From NCBI GenBank assembly GCA_963666285.1, contig OY762711.1: a stretch of 64,000 bases of DNA, one strand, 5' to 3'. The notes beneath the pieces are model-generated. The model was not told the origin of the DNA, made no database searches, and saw only the letters and a list, made by a program, of their open reading frames with translations. Shown one piece after another: positions 59,934 to 64,000 of the stretch (its first letter is position 1; every line of letters starts with the position of its first letter). The DNA is from Sedimentisphaerales bacterium (GTDB taxonomy: Bacteria; Planctomycetota; Phycisphaerae; Sedimentisphaerales; SM23-30). A program made the position numbers and the translations under genes.

Positions 59934-62078
59934 TTAGTTATTATCATCATAGATACGATGAGAATCCATCCAGGTTGCTGCAAAGATTGCAAAGTCAGGC
60001 AGGTCGATTACACAGTTGCCATTGTAATCATAAGGTAATGATTCCTGGTCATAGTCACATACCCAGCCGCCTGCAATATTCATATAATCCTGAGCAACTT
60101 CCTCTGTTGTCAAAGCGTAGTTATAGATTTTAACTTCGTCAATCTTACCTTCGAAATATGGATCCACTGCAAATTGGCTCTTAGCGAAATAGTTCAGCTC
60201 TGGATCTACATCGATAGGATCAATTGTTGTTTCCTCATTGATACCTAACATTTCACCATTAACATACAGTTTGGCAGTGTCGCCGGAAAGAGTAACAGCA
60301 ATATAAGTCCATTCATCCTGAACCATTGCAAAGGTAGAGTCAACTATCTGCTCATCGCCGCCATTACGAATAACAAAACGAACTGTATTACCATCACTTG
60401 GTGTCAGGAATACATAGTGAGTATCATCATTACCAAAATCCCATATACGCTGGAATGCGGAGCTACCTGACCATTTGGCCCAGCATGATATAGTCATATC
60501 ACCATAGTTTACTGCACCGGCAGGAATCTGGCCATATACACCATTGGGATCATTTTCAGAAGGATTAACAAAGCTCATACTGCTTGCACCCAGCTCGACA
60601 TCTACAACATCAGTATCTAAAACTGGAAGACCGATAGCTGCCTCATCATCACTCATCAGAGCCATGTCCCAACCATCAACAGTATCAGGAGTAGCTCCTT
60701 CACTGACAGATTCGATTGGATAATAGCTAACCAGCCTGGCTACCATCGCATGGCCGGAACCGGTTTCCTCATTAGATACAGAACCTACTGTATTAGAACC
60801 AACACAGTAGAATACACCTTCATCAGCAAGCTGCATATCCAAAATTGTAAGAGTATCTGTTGTCACACCGGAATATTCAGCTCCATCTACCAGCGGCTCT
60901 GTTTCGCCAACCTTGTACCACTGGAAATTTGCAATATTAATAGCCCTACTAAGGCCAAATACAACTGGAGAACCGGCTTCGGCAACACCAACTTCTGGAA
61001 CAACATCACCGATAACAGGATGTTCCGGCACTGTCCTAAAGCTGGAAACCGGGGTAGGTGATATCACATTAGAACTGGCATCATAAGCAATTACTTTCCA
61101 GTAATATACCGTGTCATATTCCAGGTTGGCAGATAATTCGCTTTCCAGGTCAACCGTATATTGCTCTCCGTTTGTAACTGCCATGTCTTGCACTAGTGAG
61201 TATTCAGCCCAGCTCAAGTTAGGATCAGGATACGGTGCCAACTGTACATCTACAGATACAATCCTTGGATCGGAAACAGTAAAGCTCAAATCATTTGAAG
61301 AGTTTTCAGGTTCCACATTAATTTCACCTTCACCCTCAGGAACATCTACACCACCATCAGCAGGTGAATTATTTTCTACTGTCAGAATCCTGATATTGTC
61401 AACTCCTATAAAGTTCCAGGAATCAATCGTCAATTCATACTGATGTATACGAAGGAAAAGTTCGCCGCTCCCTGCTGATGATAAATCAAACTGCCATACT
61501 TCTTCTTGCCCAGGATCACCGGTTGTCAATACAGATGTCTTGGTAACCTGGTCAACCACTGTTACTCCTGATGCTCCAAAAATATCAAGAGCTGCTCCAT
61601 TTTCCGGAGTAAAAGTACCATTTGATTCCAGAATTGTGAAAGTCAAACCAATTTCCAGTGGATCCGCACCCTGATCTGTTAGGCGAGCCCAATCAAACGC
61701 TATTTGGATGACAGTATCTCCAGCTTCCTTTGTGCCGATACTTTGATATGCCCAGTTATTTTGTAAATCCGTTCCTAAATCACCAGGATCAGGATTAGTA
61801 TTGATATTATCAGCCTCTCCTGACAATACCAGAACACCACCTTCATTATAAGAGGAGCCGGCAATCTTTACCCAGGCATTATACCAGCTGTATGAATGAA
61901 TATACCAGCCTACTTTATTCACCTCAAAATCCCAGATATCGGCTGCTACAACAAGACCGTCTTCGTCATATTCTGTATTAGCCTCAAAATCTCCATTTGT
62001 AATCCCAAGCTCTGCTTTTAAAACACCAGCAAAACATACAATAAAACATACCAAAACCAACAGAAATGTTTTTTTCAT
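59934..62078 (-). CDS. Secreted LamG/ConA + Ig-like domain protein with dockerin-like C-terminus
   Basis: YYWKV, FQWYK...DEGVFYC (Ig), WTYIAVT...LYVNG...FEGKIDEVKIYNYALT (LamG), YDYNGNCVIDLPDFAIFAATW. Confidence 0.85.
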   Translation of the reverse strand: MKKTFLLVLVCFIVCFAGVLKAELGITNGDFEANTEYDEDGLVVAADIWDFEVNKVGWYIHSYSWYNAWVKIAGSSYNEGGVLVLSGEADNINTNPDPGDLGTDLQNNWAYQSIGTKEAGDTVIQIAFDWARLTDQGADPLEIGLTFTILESNGTFTPENGAALDIFGASGVTVVDQVTKTSVLTTGDPGQEEVWQFDLSSAGSGELFLRIHQYELTIDSWNFIGVDNIRILTVENNSPADGGVDVPEGEGEINVEPENSSNDLSFTVSDPRIVSVDVQLAPYPDPNLSWAEYSLVQDMAVTNGEQYTVDLESELSANLEYDTVYYWKVIAYDASSNVISPTPVSSFRTVPEHPVIGDVVPEVGVAEAGSPVVFGLSRAINIANFQWYKVGETEPLVDGAEYSGVTTDTLTILDMQLADEGVFYCVGSNTVGSVSNEETGSGHAMVARLVSYYPIESVSEGATPDTVDGWDMALMSDDEAAIGLPVLDTDVVDVELGASSMSFVNPSENDPNGVYGQIPAGAVNYGDMTISCWAKWSGSSAFQRIWDFGNDDTHYVFLTPSDGNTVRFVIRNGGDEQIVDSTFAMVQDEWTYIAVTLSGDTAKLYVNGEMLGINEETTIDPIDVDPELNYFAKSQFAVDPYFEGKIDEVKIYNYALTTEEVAQDYMNIAGGWVCDYDQESLPYDYNGNCVIDLPDFAIFAATWMDSHRIYDDNN

Positions 62079-62951
62079 TTTTCAGTCTCCATTTTTCTCG
62101 AATTACACCAGTTAAAACGTTCCTTTGTATATTTAGAACTCCACGAACACACAAATATTTAGACGTCCAGTAACCTCCTTCCAGAAGAACCTGTAAAAAT
62201 AGCTGAAAAGCTAATCATAGATAGAAATAGTCTTTTATATTTTTGAACTTATTATAATTTTACAATATTTATACAATAAGGTATAGAATAAGACCTGACA
62301 AATGACTGAATTTAGCGCATATTGCTCCAGATTATAAGTATTTACTGAAATAGAATTAATATAGCAGAATCACAAATACCTCTTTACCACTTTTAGACTA
62401 ACACAATAACAAGTCTCACGAAAGCGCGCAAACACACACAGTCAAGTGACTTACACAACAAAGCCAAATAACTGTACATTGTATTATTTGCATCCAAAAA
62501 ATATTATATTGCGCGAAATACGCTATATAACTTGAAATTTCATTGAACTAATTAAAATTAGCAACATTAACTAAGTCCAGACGCCCAAGAATGACGCCTA
62601 CACAGGACAATAACTTAGTCAATACTAATACATTTTACCTAACCGCAAAATTATTTTCAATATTATTTTTTAGGCAGATAAAAACGCCCCGGAATGATAT
62701 TTTTCTGGTTTCCAGATTCCATTCCAATGACATTCCATTTACTACCTTAAAGCAGAATCTGGCCAGACTGTGCCGCAAGTTAGATAGTGATATATCTCTC
62801 CGCAGAATTAAATTTACATAAGAAAATGATGCTGAACAGCCAAAAGTGCGATACCACACAATACTGTATCTCTATAGTAATTATCAAAGCGATAATAACA
62901 CAATTTCTAATACACCATATACTAAATAAAATTAAGTAAGAAATGTGATTA

Positions 62952-63971
62952 TTATGCTTTCACATATTTCTGTTCAAACTTACTTATCGAACCGGCCTGA
63001 CCGGTCATAATAATTGTATCGCCTACTCTCAAAATAGTGTCAGGATGCGGGTTAAACATATTGGTGCCATCTCCGCGAGTAACAGCAATAACGAGAATGC
63101 CAAGCTCCCGTGGCAGATTGGCATCGCGAAGAGAAACTCCTTCCAATCCGTCTTTTTCTCGTACAGTATACTGGTCCGCTTCGAGATCAATTCCATGTGC
63201 TGCAAAATCAATAAAGTCAACCACCCCCGGTCTGGTCATAATATTAGCAAGCCGCGAACCGCTGATCTCATACGGACATATTGCCCTGTTTGCACCTGCA
63301 CGCATTAACCTGTTCTGACTTTCCGGACGATCGCTTCTCGCAACAATAGTAACCTTGTTGTTAAGGTCCCTGGCAACAAGAGTAGCAAATACATTCGATG
63401 CATCATTGCCAAGTACACAGATAACTCCCCTGGCCTGTTCGATGCCGGCACTCTTTAAAACATTCTCATCTGTAGCATCACCTAACACATAAAGCAGTCC
63501 GGCCTGTTCTGCCTCTGAGGTATACTCGCTATCTTGGTCGATAACCACTATCTGCACTTTATGCATCTTGAGGTTTTCGCATACTGATGAACCCATACGA
63601 CCGTAGCCGCAAACGATAATATGATCTTGTAAAGAAGCTATTTTTCTGTCCACTTTACGTCTCCCAAAAACACCACGAATCTGACCTTCTACAACAGCAC
63701 TGGTAATAATAGTAAGGGATATCATTGCAGTAGCAATACCGCCTGCAATCATAATAATTATCCATATTTTTTCCAGTTCCGATAAAGGGTCAGCTCCGCT
63801 TGGAGCCATTCCAAGAGTACTAACAGTAATAAGAGAAAAGTATAGAGAGTCGATGAAACTGCGATTGCCGAGCAATGCAAAACCCATCGTTCCAATAACA
63901 ACGACACCTACCAGCAGCAGGAACGCTACCATAATATTTTTCAATGATGACGGTATTTTTTTTACAGGCAT
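62952..63971 (-). CDS. Potassium channel with TrkA-N/TrkA-C (RCK) domains
   Basis: SLYFSLITVSTLG pore, HIIVCGYGRMG, GDAT, FNPHPD. Confidence 0.9.
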   Translation of the reverse strand: MPVKKIPSSLKNIMVAFLLLVGVVVIGTMGFALLGNRSFIDSLYFSLITVSTLGMAPSGADPLSELEKIWIIIMIAGGIATAMISLTIITSAVVEGQIRGVFGRRKVDRKIASLQDHIIVCGYGRMGSSVCENLKMHKVQIVVIDQDSEYTSEAEQAGLLYVLGDATDENVLKSAGIEQARGVICVLGNDASNVFATLVARDLNNKVTIVARSDRPESQNRLMRAGANRAICPYEISGSRLANIMTRPGVVDFIDFAAHGIDLEADQYTVREKDGLEGVSLRDANLPRELGILVIAVTRGDGTNMFNPHPDTILRVGDTIIMTGQAGSISKFEQKYVKA

Positions 63972-64000
63972 ACAGCATTTTTCGGCTATCTATATGCTGT

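Noticed and set aside
62079..62951. 870-bp intergenic gap
   Set aside because: AT-rich with no convincing ORF, RNA motif or repeat visible by eye.

Overview
Bacterial chromosomal segment, probably from a polysaccharide-degrading Planctomycetota/Phycisphaerae-like organism. This is inferred from a PEP-CTERM protein, C-terminal dockerin-like 'D-x-x-D-F-A-x-x-A-x-x-W' tails, a sulfatase and GH2/29/43/95 enzymes. Most of the window is ordinary: housekeeping genes (pgl, tRNA-Leu, metY, bioB/bioF, acpS, folK, gltX, dusB, pyrC), CAZymes, sensors (heme-c histidine kinase, CZB chemoreceptor, two hemerythrins), and large secreted ankyrin and repeat proteins. The unusual part is the accessory island at about 24.3-29.8 kb. 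It holds an intact IS110-family (IS1111-group) element whose ends can be read exactly, because an empty copy of its target lies 300 bp downstream. Its 3' non-coding end contains a stem-loop carrying two 10-nt segments that match the two arms of that target on opposite strands, i.e. a readable bridge/seek-RNA target-binding loop. Joining the element ends creates a sigma70-like promoter. Next to it is an orphan Rhs nuclease-toxin/immunity array in which each immunity gene is followed by the same ~145-bp hairpin-rich repeat, a member of a local family of heptamer-plus-hairpin elements. Several candidate structured RNAs lie in intergenic regions. All calls come from motif reading by eye; no searches were run.
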